Assembly (NCBI GenBank): GCA_037442545.1
Contig: JBBIQB010000001.1
Span: forward strand, 1-63,721
Reading direction: 5' to 3'
Length of the DNA: 63,721 nt
DNA from: Bellilinea sp.
GTDB lineage: Bacteria; Chloroflexota; Anaerolineae; Anaerolineales; Anaerolineaceae
The notes under the pieces were generated by a model that did no database searches, was not told where the DNA came from, and saw only the letters and a program-made list of their open reading frames with translations. Below, in pieces: positions 9,506 to 17,929 of this stretch. The position numbers and the translations under genes were made by a program. Positions within the stretch are counted from its first letter, which is position 1. Each line of letters starts with the position of its first letter.

Positions 9506-10561
9506 TCAGGGTTCTTCCGGGGTGTCCAGAAAGCGCTGCAAGGCTGCCAGGGCTTCGTCCATCCCTTCATGGCGCAGGGCATAGCGGCGCTCGCCGCCGG
9601 CATGCAGGCGGATATGCACCAGCCCGGCAAGGCGCAGGATGTTGAGGTGATGGATCACGGTTGGCGGGCGCAGCCGCAGGCGCTGCGCCAGCCCGGCGGG
9701 GGTGAGCGGCTGCTGCGCCAGGAAGCGCAGAATGCGCAGGCGGGTTGGATCGCCGAGCGCTTTGAAGGAATCGACCAGCGCCGGCGGGACGGCGCCGCCG
9801 CCAGCCAGCGAAAGGTGCGCCGGGCGGCAGCCGAAAACCAGCAGGGCGCGGTTCTCGGGCAGGCGCTGGAAGAAGATCAGCGGTGTGCTCCAGTACGACG
9901 GGATCAGGGTCAGCTGCGCCGCGCTGGCAATTTCCTCGATGCTCACCCCGCGGGTGAGGGTTTCGATAACCGCTGCCAGCGGATGCGCGGCGGTCAGGCG
10001 GCGGGCAATGTCCTGCCCGGCATGCAGCAGCGGTTGGATGTGGGCTTCTTCGGCGGCAAAAAAAACCGTCCGGTAGGCATCCAGCGCTTCGAGCAATTCC
10101 TCGCCGAATTCGGCTGCCCGGCTCCAGGCGATCAGGCAGTAATCCAGCGTATGCGGTGGCGGTACATGGCGTTTGGTGTTGAATTGCGCCTTGAGCAGTT
10201 CGCGCGCCGCCGGGCTGGCTTGACCGCTGGTAGCGGTATCCAGCAGCGCCTGGCGCAGCGCAGCGGGTGTATCGGTCGTAAAGGTCAGGCGCGCCAGCCG
10301 CTGTTCGGGCGGAATCTGCCGCAGGGCGTCCAGCGCAGCCGCCGCGTCGCGCTGCGGGTCGGGCAGGTCGTGCAGCCAGGCGAGCGGCGCGCCCAGGAAG
10401 GGCACGCTGCGCTCGAAAAACTCCCGCGGACTGGCAGGCAGGCGCGAGCGCACGCCGGCTGCCCAGGACGGGCGCAGCCCGAACTCGGCCGGGCTGTGCA
10501 ATACCACCAGGCTGATGAAGAAATCGTAGGCGCTGCCGCTGTCGAAAAGGATACGGGTCAT
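9506..10561 (-). CDS. ArsR-family regulator with long N-terminal domain
   Basis: C-terminal FKALGDPTRLRIL...PTVIHHLNILRLAGLV wHTH. Confidence 0.85.
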   Translation of the reverse strand: MTRILFDSGSAYDFFISLVVLHSPAEFGLRPSWAAGVRSRLPASPREFFERSVPFLGAPLAWLHDLPDPQRDAAAALDALRQIPPEQRLARLTFTTDTPAALRQALLDTATSGQASPAARELLKAQFNTKRHVPPPHTLDYCLIAWSRAAEFGEELLEALDAYRTVFFAAEEAHIQPLLHAGQDIARRLTAAHPLAAVIETLTRGVSIEEIASAAQLTLIPSYWSTPLIFFQRLPENRALLVFGCRPAHLSLAGGGAVPPALVDSFKALGDPTRLRILRFLAQQPLTPAGLAQRLRLRPPTVIHHLNILRLAGLVHIRLHAGGERRYALRHEGMDEALAALQRFLDTPEEP

Positions 10562-10571
10562 GGCGAGGCAA

Positions 10572-10625
10572 ATTAGACAATTGTCTAATATAGTAGATGA
10601 TAATCTATGCTCGCCGTCCCGTCAA
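10572..10625 (-). promoter_or_regulatory. Promoter and palindromic operator of the ArsR-MFS-OsmC unit
   Basis: TTGACG-N17-TATCAT (10625-10597) and perfect 18-bp palindrome ATTAGACAATTGTCTAAT (10572-10589). Confidence 0.7.
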
Positions 10626-10848
10626 GATACCCCCGACCGACGATTGCTTTGCCACAGATACTGTTGGCAAACCTGTCCTATTAAGTTCTGTCGATATTTG
10701 TGAGAAAATAGGGGCAAGGCAAATGCCAAATTGCGTGGCGACCGGCGGCACCATAGTGCACCCAAGGCAGTGCGGGCGGGGCAATGACCTTTGGCAGTTT
10801 GCATACCGCCCCAGCCTGTACAGCGAAGGTATTGATCAGGAGGTTTGC

Positions 10849-11328
10849 ATGAGTCCCAAGAAAGACGCACCCCAATCCACCAAGGGAGATCAGCCATCCG
10901 GCAAGAGGTCTTCGGGTTTTTCGGACGAAGAACGAGCCGCGATGAAGGAGCGCGCCGAAGAGTTAAAAGCGGAAGCGCGTGCATCCAAAGACAAAGCAGC
11001 AGGGGAAAATGCCGTGCTTGCCAAAATTGCCGAGATGCCGGAAGCGGAGCGCAGCATGGCAATGCGCATCCATGCCATCATCAAAGCCAGCGCGCCAGTG
11101 CTTTCCCCAAAAACCTGGTATGGCATGCCCGCCTATGCCCGCGACGGCAAGGTGGTGTGCTTCTTCCAAAGCGCGCACAAGTTCAGCGCGAGATATGCGA
11201 CATTCGGTTTCAGCGATGCAGCCAACCTCGACGAAGGCGCCATGTGGCCGACCTCCTTCGCGTTGAAGGAGTTGACCGCCGCCGAGGAGGAGATCATCCG
11301 CGCGCTGGTCAAGAAAGCCGCGGGCTGA
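10849..11328 (+). CDS. DUF1801 (YdhG-like) domain protein
   Basis: [21 protein letters not shown]...RYATFGF...MWPTSFAL; AGGAGG RBS before ATG 10849. Confidence 0.85.
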   Translation: MSPKKDAPQSTKGDQPSGKRSSGFSDEERAAMKERAEELKAEARASKDKAAGENAVLAKIAEMPEAERSMAMRIHAIIKASAPVLSPKTWYGMPAYARDGKVVCFFQSAHKFSARYATFGFSDAANLDEGAMWPTSFALKELTAAEEEIIRALVKKAAG

Positions 11329-11425
11329 AAGGGTCTTCGTCTATCACAACAGCGCACCCTCGTATTATGCCGCCCGCGGCTTCCGCGGCGGTTTGCGGAT
11401 CTGAATAGAGGCTCAACCTACGGCG

Positions 11426-11474
11426 GCGTACCCCCTTCGATATACCCTGAAGGGTACGCGGGCTCAGGGTACGC
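11426..11474. repeat. REP-like element (CTTCGA...GCTCAGGG family)
   Basis: CCCTTCGATATACCCTGAAGGGTACGCGGGCTCAGGGTACGC; near-copy at 15110-15146. Confidence 0.6.
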
Positions 11475-11529
11475 GCCTGCCGAAGGCTGTGCTGGGGCGA
11501 TGTGGCTGCCGACAAATCCAAAGTCGCCC

Positions 11530-11567
11530 TTGACATTTCGCAATCTACATATTACTATTAGTAATAT
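11530..11567 (+). promoter_or_regulatory. PadR operon promoter with overlapping palindromic operator
   Basis: TTGACA-N17-TACTAT; ATATTACTA-T-TAGTAATAT inverted repeat (11549-11567) over the -10. Confidence 0.72.
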
Positions 11568-11584
11568 ATCGAAAGGGTATACTA

Positions 11585-12154
11585 TTGGAATTTGTGATTT
11601 TGGGATTGCTCGCTCTACAGTCGATGACCGTGTACGAAATCAACAAGGCGCTGCAGCGCAGTGTTTCTTTATTCTACAGCGCCAGTTTCGGCAGCATCAA
11701 CGCCGCCATCCGCAAGATACTCAAAAAAGGCTGGATTACCGGGCAGGAAACGATCGAAAACGGGCGCAATAAACGCATCTTTCACCTGACTCCCGCCGGG
11801 CGGGAAGCCTTTCAGGATTGGCTGGTATCCGACATCGAAGCCGAAAAGGTCAAAGACCCAGCCCTGACCCGCCTGTACTTTATGGGTCTTTCTGACCCAC
11901 AGGAGCGCATCCGCCTGGTGGAGGCGCATCTGCAACAATTGCGACAAATTCTGGACAAGCTGGATCTCATCCACCAGCAATCTACCAGCCTGCAAATTGC
12001 TCCCGAATGGCAAACTGTGGCTACATTCCAGCTATTGACCCTGCAATATGGGCGCGATTTTTATGCTTTCAATATCCGTTGGTATGGCAGCTTATTGGAA
12101 TCCCTGAAACAGGACAACTTATCCGTTTCAATGACTTATTCAAGGGAATTGTGA
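11585..12154 (+). CDS. PadR-family transcriptional regulator
   Basis: ILGLL...MTVYEI...ASFGSI...LTPAGREAFQDWL. Confidence 0.88.
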   Translation: MEFVILGLLALQSMTVYEINKALQRSVSLFYSASFGSINAAIRKILKKGWITGQETIENGRNKRIFHLTPAGREAFQDWLVSDIEAEKVKDPALTRLYFMGLSDPQERIRLVEAHLQQLRQILDKLDLIHQQSTSLQIAPEWQTVATFQLLTLQYGRDFYAFNIRWYGSLLESLKQDNLSVSMTYSREL

Positions 12155-13203
12155 TGAATCAGGAACAACGCATACACAAACTGCAACGAGTGCTGGACAA
12201 AACAGTCGATAATACGACGGTTTTTGGTGTCTCTTTTTGCATCCAAAACGGGGAGCAATCCCTGGCTTTTTGCGGCTCTGCCGGGAATCTCGATGTGGAG
12301 AGCCAATACTTTATTGCCAGCACGACCAAACTCTACATTTCCGCCATCATCTTAAATCTGGCTGGCCAAAACGTATTCCAACTGGACGACCCGGTTGCCA
12401 GCTATCTGGACAAAGCGATCCTCGAGGGGCTGCTGGTTATCCAGGGCGTGGACTGCGCCAGGCAGATCACAATTCGACAATTGCTGGCACATACCTCCGG
12501 GCTGCCCGATTATTTCCAGCAGAAAAAAGCCAACGGCAAAAGTTTTTTGGAAGAACTGACCGCAGGCATCGACCAGGGCTGGTCGTTTGAACAAGTCATC
12601 CTGGAGACAAAAAGGATGAAGCCGGCATTCCGTCCCGGTGAGAAAGGCAAAGCCCTGTACTCCGACACCAACTACCAGCTTTTGGGACGCCTGATTGAAA
12701 CGCTGTACGCCAAACCCCTCCAAACCGTCCTGGAAGAGTTGATCTTTGCTCCGTTGGGGCTGCAAAAAACCTACCTTTATACCGATCAGCGCGATACCCG
12801 CCCTGTGCCCCTCTACTACAAGAAAGAGCGGCTGCATGTCCCGCTTGCCATGCGCTCCTTCGGCGCAGACGGGGGGATTGTCTCGACCTCTGCAGAACTG
12901 TTGACCTTCCTCAAGGCTTTCTTCGGCGGGCGGTTTTTCCCGGTCGAAAATTTTGCCTGGATGAAACAATGGGAACGGATATTCTTTCCTCTGGAAGCCG
13001 GAATCGGACTGACACGGTTCAAACTGCCGCGGTTGTTCTCGCCCTTTAAAGCCATTCCGGAATTTCTCGGACATTCGGGGCTTTCGGGCACGGTTGCCTT
13101 TTTTGCGCCCGAAAAAGACGTCTACCTGACCGGTACGGTGAATCAGATTAATGACCCGGGGCGTTCGTTCCGGCTGATGATTGAACTGCTGAACTGCTTG
13201 TGA
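12154..13203 (+). CDS. Serine hydrolase, beta-lactamase/class C-like family
   Basis: SxxK (ASTTK), LLAHTSG, YSDTNY, GHSG motifs. Confidence 0.88.
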   Translation: MNQEQRIHKLQRVLDKTVDNTTVFGVSFCIQNGEQSLAFCGSAGNLDVESQYFIASTTKLYISAIILNLAGQNVFQLDDPVASYLDKAILEGLLVIQGVDCARQITIRQLLAHTSGLPDYFQQKKANGKSFLEELTAGIDQGWSFEQVILETKRMKPAFRPGEKGKALYSDTNYQLLGRLIETLYAKPLQTVLEELIFAPLGLQKTYLYTDQRDTRPVPLYYKKERLHVPLAMRSFGADGGIVSTSAELLTFLKAFFGGRFFPVENFAWMKQWERIFFPLEAGIGLTRFKLPRLFSPFKAIPEFLGHSGLSGTVAFFAPEKDVYLTGTVNQINDPGRSFRLMIELLNCL

Positions 13204-13363
13204 TCGGCGGGCTCACCACACGCACGGGTTCAGCCGGCGGCGCGATGAGATAAACCCGATCTGTCCGCCGCGCCAGTCCACACAAATCCTACCCGAAAAA
13301 ACGCTTGACAGCGCGCCTTTCCTGAATATGATTAACATATACCAGTCAAGGGGGTGTGTAGTC

Positions 13364-13876
13364 ATGCAAATCGAAACGGTTGGGAAACTGTTCGACTACG
13401 CCATCCGTATGGAAGAAAGCGCCGAGGTGTTCTACCGCCAGTTGGGCGATATGTTCCGCTCCTACCCGGCAGTGGCGGATTTTTGGCTTGGGTATGCGGA
13501 CGAGGAGCACGAGCACGCCGCGGTCCTGCGCCAGACGCGTGAAACGCTCAGCGCTGAGGAACTGGCGCAGCCCGCCCGCGCCGACTTGCTGCGCGACGTG
13601 CACCGCTGCTTCGAGCTGGCGTCTGCCAAAACGCTGCAAAAAATCCGCGACCTGGAAGACGCCTACCAGCTGGCAATCGAGCTGGAATCGTCCGAGACCA
13701 ATGCCGTGTTCGAATTCCTTATCCTCAATTTTTCCACCCGCCGCCTGGTCGAATCGGAAAATTTTCTCAAAGCGCAGCTGCGCAGCCACGTCGCCCGCCT
13801 GGAACAGGGTTTTCCCGCCGAGTACCGCAGCCGGATCAAGCGGCGCAGCGTGGTGGTATCCACAGGGGCGGGGTGA
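13364..13876 (+). CDS. Ferritin-like / rubrerythrin diiron-domain protein
   Basis: AIRMEE...FY...EEHEH and AIELE motifs; TTGACA-N16-TATGAT upstream. Confidence 0.75.
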   Translation: MQIETVGKLFDYAIRMEESAEVFYRQLGDMFRSYPAVADFWLGYADEEHEHAAVLRQTRETLSAEELAQPARADLLRDVHRCFELASAKTLQKIRDLEDAYQLAIELESSETNAVFEFLILNFSTRRLVESENFLKAQLRSHVARLEQGFPAEYRSRIKRRSVVVSTGAG

Positions 13877-14043
13877 CGGCGATCAGCCCCGGATCGGGAC
13901 ACACCTGCGCGGTAGTCGCCGGGGCGGTCAAGTGTTGGGGAAACAACCCGAACGGGGTGGTCGGTTCGGTGGTACTCTGGCAGCCGGTCAAGGTGGTCAG
14001 TTTCGACCCGCTGGCGGTTTACCTGCCGATGGTGCAGCGTTAG
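13873..14043 (+). pseudogene. 3' remnant of an RCC1-repeat secreted protein (56 aa, not in ORF track)
   Basis: Translates VTAISPGSGHTCAVVAGAVKCWGNNPNG...PVKV...AVYLPMVQR*: one RCC1 repeat plus a C-terminal YLPxVxR motif. Confidence 0.75.
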
Positions 14044-15053
14044 GCAGACGGCGGGCGCAACCCGCTCAGGCAGGGCAGATCGAGCAGCAGCACTTCCAAC
14101 ATCAGGCGCAGGTTGAGGTTGGCGTCCAGCCCGGCTTGCGCCTGTTCGATTGCCTCCAGGCAGGCGTGGGCGCCGGCGAAATCCACTTGCGCGGCAAGCG
14201 CCGCCAGCGTTTCGCGCACATCCATGTGGGTGAGGGCGGAATCCGCGCCGCCGCACAGCAGCAGCACGTCCCGCCAGAGGCTGCTCCACAGGCGCAGCAC
14301 GGCGCGCACGCTTTCCTTGTCCTTACCCGCCAGCGCCTCGGCGATTCGGAAGCGCTGGTAGCGGTCGCCCTGCAGCGCGTCGAACAGGCTGTCCAGCCCG
14401 ACCTGGCGCTGGTCGAGCGCGGCGGGGTCATCCAGCAGGCGCAGCGCGGCGCCGGGTTTGCCGCCTGCCAGGTGCGCCAGCAGTTGTGCCTGTTGGGATG
14501 ACAACCCACGCTGCTTTTGCAGCCGCTGCGCCAGCGCGGCGGCGCTCAGCGGGCGCAGGCGCAGCACCTCGCAGCGCGAGACGATGGTCGGCAGCAAGTC
14601 TTCGGGCGAGGCGGCAGTCAGCAGCAGGATGACCTTTTCGGGGGCTTCCTCCAGCGTTTTGAGCAGCGCGTTCTGCGCCGCGGGGGTGGCTTGCTCGAAG
14701 TTGAGCAACAGCGCCACGCGGTAACGCGCCTCGTAGGGCGCCAGCACCAGGCTGCGCTGCAGTTCGCGCAGCTGCTCGACCTTGATGCTGCCGCCGCCTT
14801 CCGCGCTGCACACCACCGCCAGGTCGGGCTGCTGCATGCGTTCCGTCTGGCGGCAGATGCGGCACGCGCCGCAGGCTTCGCCCGGCTGCGGTGGTTGGGC
14901 GCAATTGAGCGCGCGCGCAAAGCGCAGCGCCAGCGTGCGCCGTCCCACCCCTGCCGCGCCGCTGAACAGGTAGGCGTGGCGGGCTTCGCCATTGCGGATG
15001 TGCTGCCGGAGCAAATTCGCCGCCCATTCGTGTCCCCAAATCTCCCATGCCAT
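14040..15053 (-). CDS. holB: DNA polymerase III delta' subunit
   Basis: IWGHEWA, HAYLFSG, CGACRIC zinc motif, NALLKTLEE, LLPTIVSRC; likely start ATG 15053. Confidence 0.93.
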   Translation of the reverse strand: MAWEIWGHEWAANLLRQHIRNGEARHAYLFSGAAGVGRRTLALRFARALNCAQPPQPGEACGACRICRQTERMQQPDLAVVCSAEGGGSIKVEQLRELQRSLVLAPYEARYRVALLLNFEQATPAAQNALLKTLEEAPEKVILLLTAASPEDLLPTIVSRCEVLRLRPLSAAALAQRLQKQRGLSSQQAQLLAHLAGGKPGAALRLLDDPAALDQRQVGLDSLFDALQGDRYQRFRIAEALAGKDKESVRAVLRLWSSLWRDVLLLCGGADSALTHMDVRETLAALAAQVDFAGAHACLEAIEQAQAGLDANLNLRLMLEVLLLDLPCLSGLRPPSA

Positions 15054-15109
15054 GCCCCGATTGTATCCCAAAAGCGCGCGGCTGCGCGGTTTTGGTAAAT
15101 CCCACCGCC

Positions 15110-15146
15110 GGCTTCGACATACCCTGGCGGGCACGCGGGCTCTGCC
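15110..15146. repeat. REP-like element (CTTCGA family)
   Basis: GCTTCGACATACCCTGGCGGGCACGCGGGCTC aligns with the 11426-11474 copy. Confidence 0.55.
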
Positions 15147-15156
15147 TGCAGCGGGG

Positions 15157-15879
15157 CTAGCCCAACTCGCGCGTGCCGGAAAGCAGCCTGCGGATATGCT
15201 CGATATGATCGCGTTCGTGCCAGGCAGCCCGGCGCAGCAGCTTGCGCGGACTCCACATTTCCCCGTCCTTGCCCACCACCTGCACCACCCCTTCCAGGCT
15301 GGAGAGCGCCTCCTCGGTGCGCCGGCGCGACCACGCCAGCCGCTCGAAGGCGTCCTCGGGCAGCTCGCGCCGGGTGACCTGACCCAGCCCGAGCCGGTCG
15401 AGGTACCACCACTCCGCGCCGCCCAGGTGCTTGAGCACCCCGCGGATGCTCCAGCGTTCGCCGGGGTACTGGCGGTCGAGCACCACCTCCGGCACGCGGG
15501 TGACCATCTTAAGCAGGTCTTCGCGCATCCAGGCGAGGACGCGCAGCCCGCGCTGCACTTCCAGCCGGGTAAGCGGCTTCCAGTCGTGGCGGAACCAGGC
15601 GTTGACCGCGTACCTGCCCTCCGGGCTGACATCATAATTCTCGTCGATCTCGTACACATCCCACGTATCGATCAGGCGCACGTCCACGTCGCGTGCGTCC
15701 GCCAGCCAGGAATCGGCGGTGTGTGCCTCCAGCCAGCGCTTGTACTCGACGAATGCCTTGGCAACGTTGATCACCGCCTCGCTGCTCTCCGCGCCGTAGG
15801 CAAAACAGCCAGGGTGTTCCAAAGCCCAGGCAAGCGAACGATGTTCGATGTTGTTTTCCAATCCAACCAGGATGCGCAT
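15157..15879 (-). CDS. DinB-family protein with HicB-like N-terminus
   Basis: AWALEHPGCFAYG N-terminus; WSIRGVLKHLGGAEWWY and RRAAWHERDH DinB-type His motifs. Confidence 0.65.
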   Translation of the reverse strand: MRILVGLENNIEHRSLAWALEHPGCFAYGAESSEAVINVAKAFVEYKRWLEAHTADSWLADARDVDVRLIDTWDVYEIDENYDVSPEGRYAVNAWFRHDWKPLTRLEVQRGLRVLAWMREDLLKMVTRVPEVVLDRQYPGERWSIRGVLKHLGGAEWWYLDRLGLGQVTRRELPEDAFERLAWSRRRTEEALSSLEGVVQVVGKDGEMWSPRKLLRRAAWHERDHIEHIRRLLSGTRELG

Positions 15880-16378
15880 GGGGGTAATCCTTGTCTGCTC
15901 GAACGAGCGGCAGTAGAGAGTGGCTGTAAATTTATCGAAACGTCAGGGCGTGGGAACGCAGCAACCGGCGCTATGGCAAAATCATGGTTTGCATGCCCAC
16001 TTAAGGGTTGAAAGCGATTAACTCTGGCTTGATTATAGCCCTTCCTGCCGCGCCCTGCCGCCGGTTGGGGTAACTTTTTTTCGGATGGTGCCAATCGCGC
16101 GCCCTGGCTGCCCGCCGGGCAGCGGTTTTCTCGAACCTGTCCAAACCTCTCGAAATATGCTACATTAAACGTCAATTCGGCGAGCGGTCTCGAAAGCCAT
16201 CCACACCCGTGCGGGCGGCGCGCAGGCGGTGACCCGGATCAAGATGGGCACAAGTCATTATTCCCGGCAGGATACCGCCGGCAGGCAGGGAACTTTTACA
16301 ATCATTGTTCGTCTTTAACCCATGTCTGGTTGAACACCAGGCGAATTTAACCTGTCATTCCATTAATCGAGGAGAACC

Positions 16379-17173
16379 ATGGCAGAAGCAGAACTCAACT
16401 CCACCGAAGAATTCGAAGAAATTCGCCCGCGCCGGCTGCGCTTCGACTGGCTGTTGCCTGTCTTTTTCCGCCCGGGCAGGACGATGAAAGCCATCACCGC
16501 GCAGGAAAGCGGCGTCTGGCTGGCGCCGCTGATCATCCTCAGCATCCTGGCGTTGGCGCTTGCCCTGGCAGGCGGACCCGCCCGCGCGGCGGCTGTGCAG
16601 GTGCAGGCAGGCGGCGAACTGCCGCCCGACTTCCAGTTCTGGTCACCCGAACAGCAGGAGCAGTACTTCCAGAGCCAGCAAAACCGCACCAGCCCGGTGG
16701 TGATCTACGCCCTGCCCGCGCTGGGCGCGCTGGCAGGCGTGTGGGTCGGCTGGTTCCTGCTCGGCAGCATCCTTCACCTGGGGTTGACCCTGGTGGGCAG
16801 CCGCGGCAGCAACACCTCGGCGCTCAATCTGGCTGCCTGGGCGTCCATGCCGTTTGCCATTCGCTTCATCGTCCAGGGGGCCTGGCTGCTTGCCACCCGC
16901 CAGGTGATTCAGGCGCCAGGGGTTTCGGGTTTCATGGCGGCGGACGCCGCCGGTTTTCAGGCATTTTTGCGCTCGCTGCTGGGACACATCGACCTGTACA
17001 CGCTGTGGATGGTCGGACTGCTGATGGTAGGCGTGGTGCCGCTGACCGGGCTGGGCAAGGGCAAAGCCTGGCTGGCGGTAATCGTCTCGGTGCTGCTGCT
17101 GCTCGCCGTTCAGGCGCTGCCGGCTTTCATCGGCGCGCAGCTGAGCGGGCTCAACCCGACCCGCATATTCTAA
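16379..17173 (+). CDS. Yip1-family membrane protein
   Basis: FFRP...TMKAI N-terminus, about 5 TM segments, GGAG RBS, first gene of an ABC cluster. Confidence 0.72.
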   Translation: MAEAELNSTEEFEEIRPRRLRFDWLLPVFFRPGRTMKAITAQESGVWLAPLIILSILALALALAGGPARAAAVQVQAGGELPPDFQFWSPEQQEQYFQSQQNRTSPVVIYALPALGALAGVWVGWFLLGSILHLGLTLVGSRGSNTSALNLAAWASMPFAIRFIVQGAWLLATRQVIQAPGVSGFMAADAAGFQAFLRSLLGHIDLYTLWMVGLLMVGVVPLTGLGKGKAWLAVIVSVLLLLAVQALPAFIGAQLSGLNPTRIF

Positions 17174-17182
17174 TTGTTTAGC

Positions 17183-17929
17183 ATGGCAACTTCGAACTCG
17201 CACTTTATTCAAATTCGCGACTTGCGCAAGACCTACATCATGGGCAAGCAAAAAGTGCACGCCCTGGCAGGCATCAGCCTGGATATCGAGCGCAACACCT
17301 TCACCGTGGTAATGGGTCCGTCCGGTTCGGGCAAGAGCACCCTGCTCTACCTGCTGGGCGGGCTGGACCGCCCAACCTCCGGGAAAATTACCATTGAAGG
17401 GGTGGCGCTGGAAAAGATGGACGAGAACGAGCTGGCGGTGTACCGCCGCAAGAAGATCGGGTTCATCTTTCAGTCCTTCAATCTGGTACCGATGATGAAC
17501 GCGCTGGAGAACGTCGCCTTTCCGCTGTGTTTTTCGGGCGCCTCAACCGGTGAGCGGCGCAAACGCGCCCACCACCTGCTGCGCATGGTCGGACTGGAAA
17601 ACCGCGTCCACCACAAGCCAACCGAGCTTTCCGGTGGTCAACAGCAGCGCGTCGCCATTGCCCGTTCGATGGTCAACCAGCCGGATATCATCCTGGCGGA
17701 CGAGCCGACCGGCAACCTGGATACTGCCAGCGGGTACGGCATCATGCAGCTGCTTTCCGAACTGCACCGTAGCGGAAAGACGGTCATTGTCGTCACCCAC
17801 GACCCGCGCATTCACGCGTTTGCCACCCATTCGCTCTACCTGTTGGATGGAAAAATTGTCAGCGAAGCGGAGTACCAGGCTGCTTCGACCTTCAATCTTC
17901 AAGCCGCTGCAAAGGAAGCCAATCCGTGA
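17183..17929 (+). CDS. ABC transporter ATP-binding protein (LolD/MacB type)
   Basis: GPSGSGKST, GFIFQSFNL, LSGGQQQR, ADEPTGNLD. Confidence 0.92.
   Translation: MATSNSHFIQIRDLRKTYIMGKQKVHALAGISLDIERNTFTVVMGPSGSGKSTLLYLLGGLDRPTSGKITIEGVALEKMDENELAVYRRKKIGFIFQSFNLVPMMNALENVAFPLCFSGASTGERRKRAHHLLRMVGLENRVHHKPTELSGGQQQRVAIARSMVNQPDIILADEPTGNLDTASGYGIMQLLSELHRSGKTVIVVTHDPRIHAFATHSLYLLDGKIVSEAEYQAASTFNLQAAAKEANP

Noticed and set aside
15054-15659. 200-aa N-terminal extension of HolB in the ORF track
   Set aside because: Overlaps the DinB-like gene in another frame; the conserved HolB start and -10 box place the start at 15053
15880-16378. ncRNA in the 500-bp divergent intergenic region
   Set aside because: Only a TATAAT box and weak hairpins were seen; no recognisable family motif
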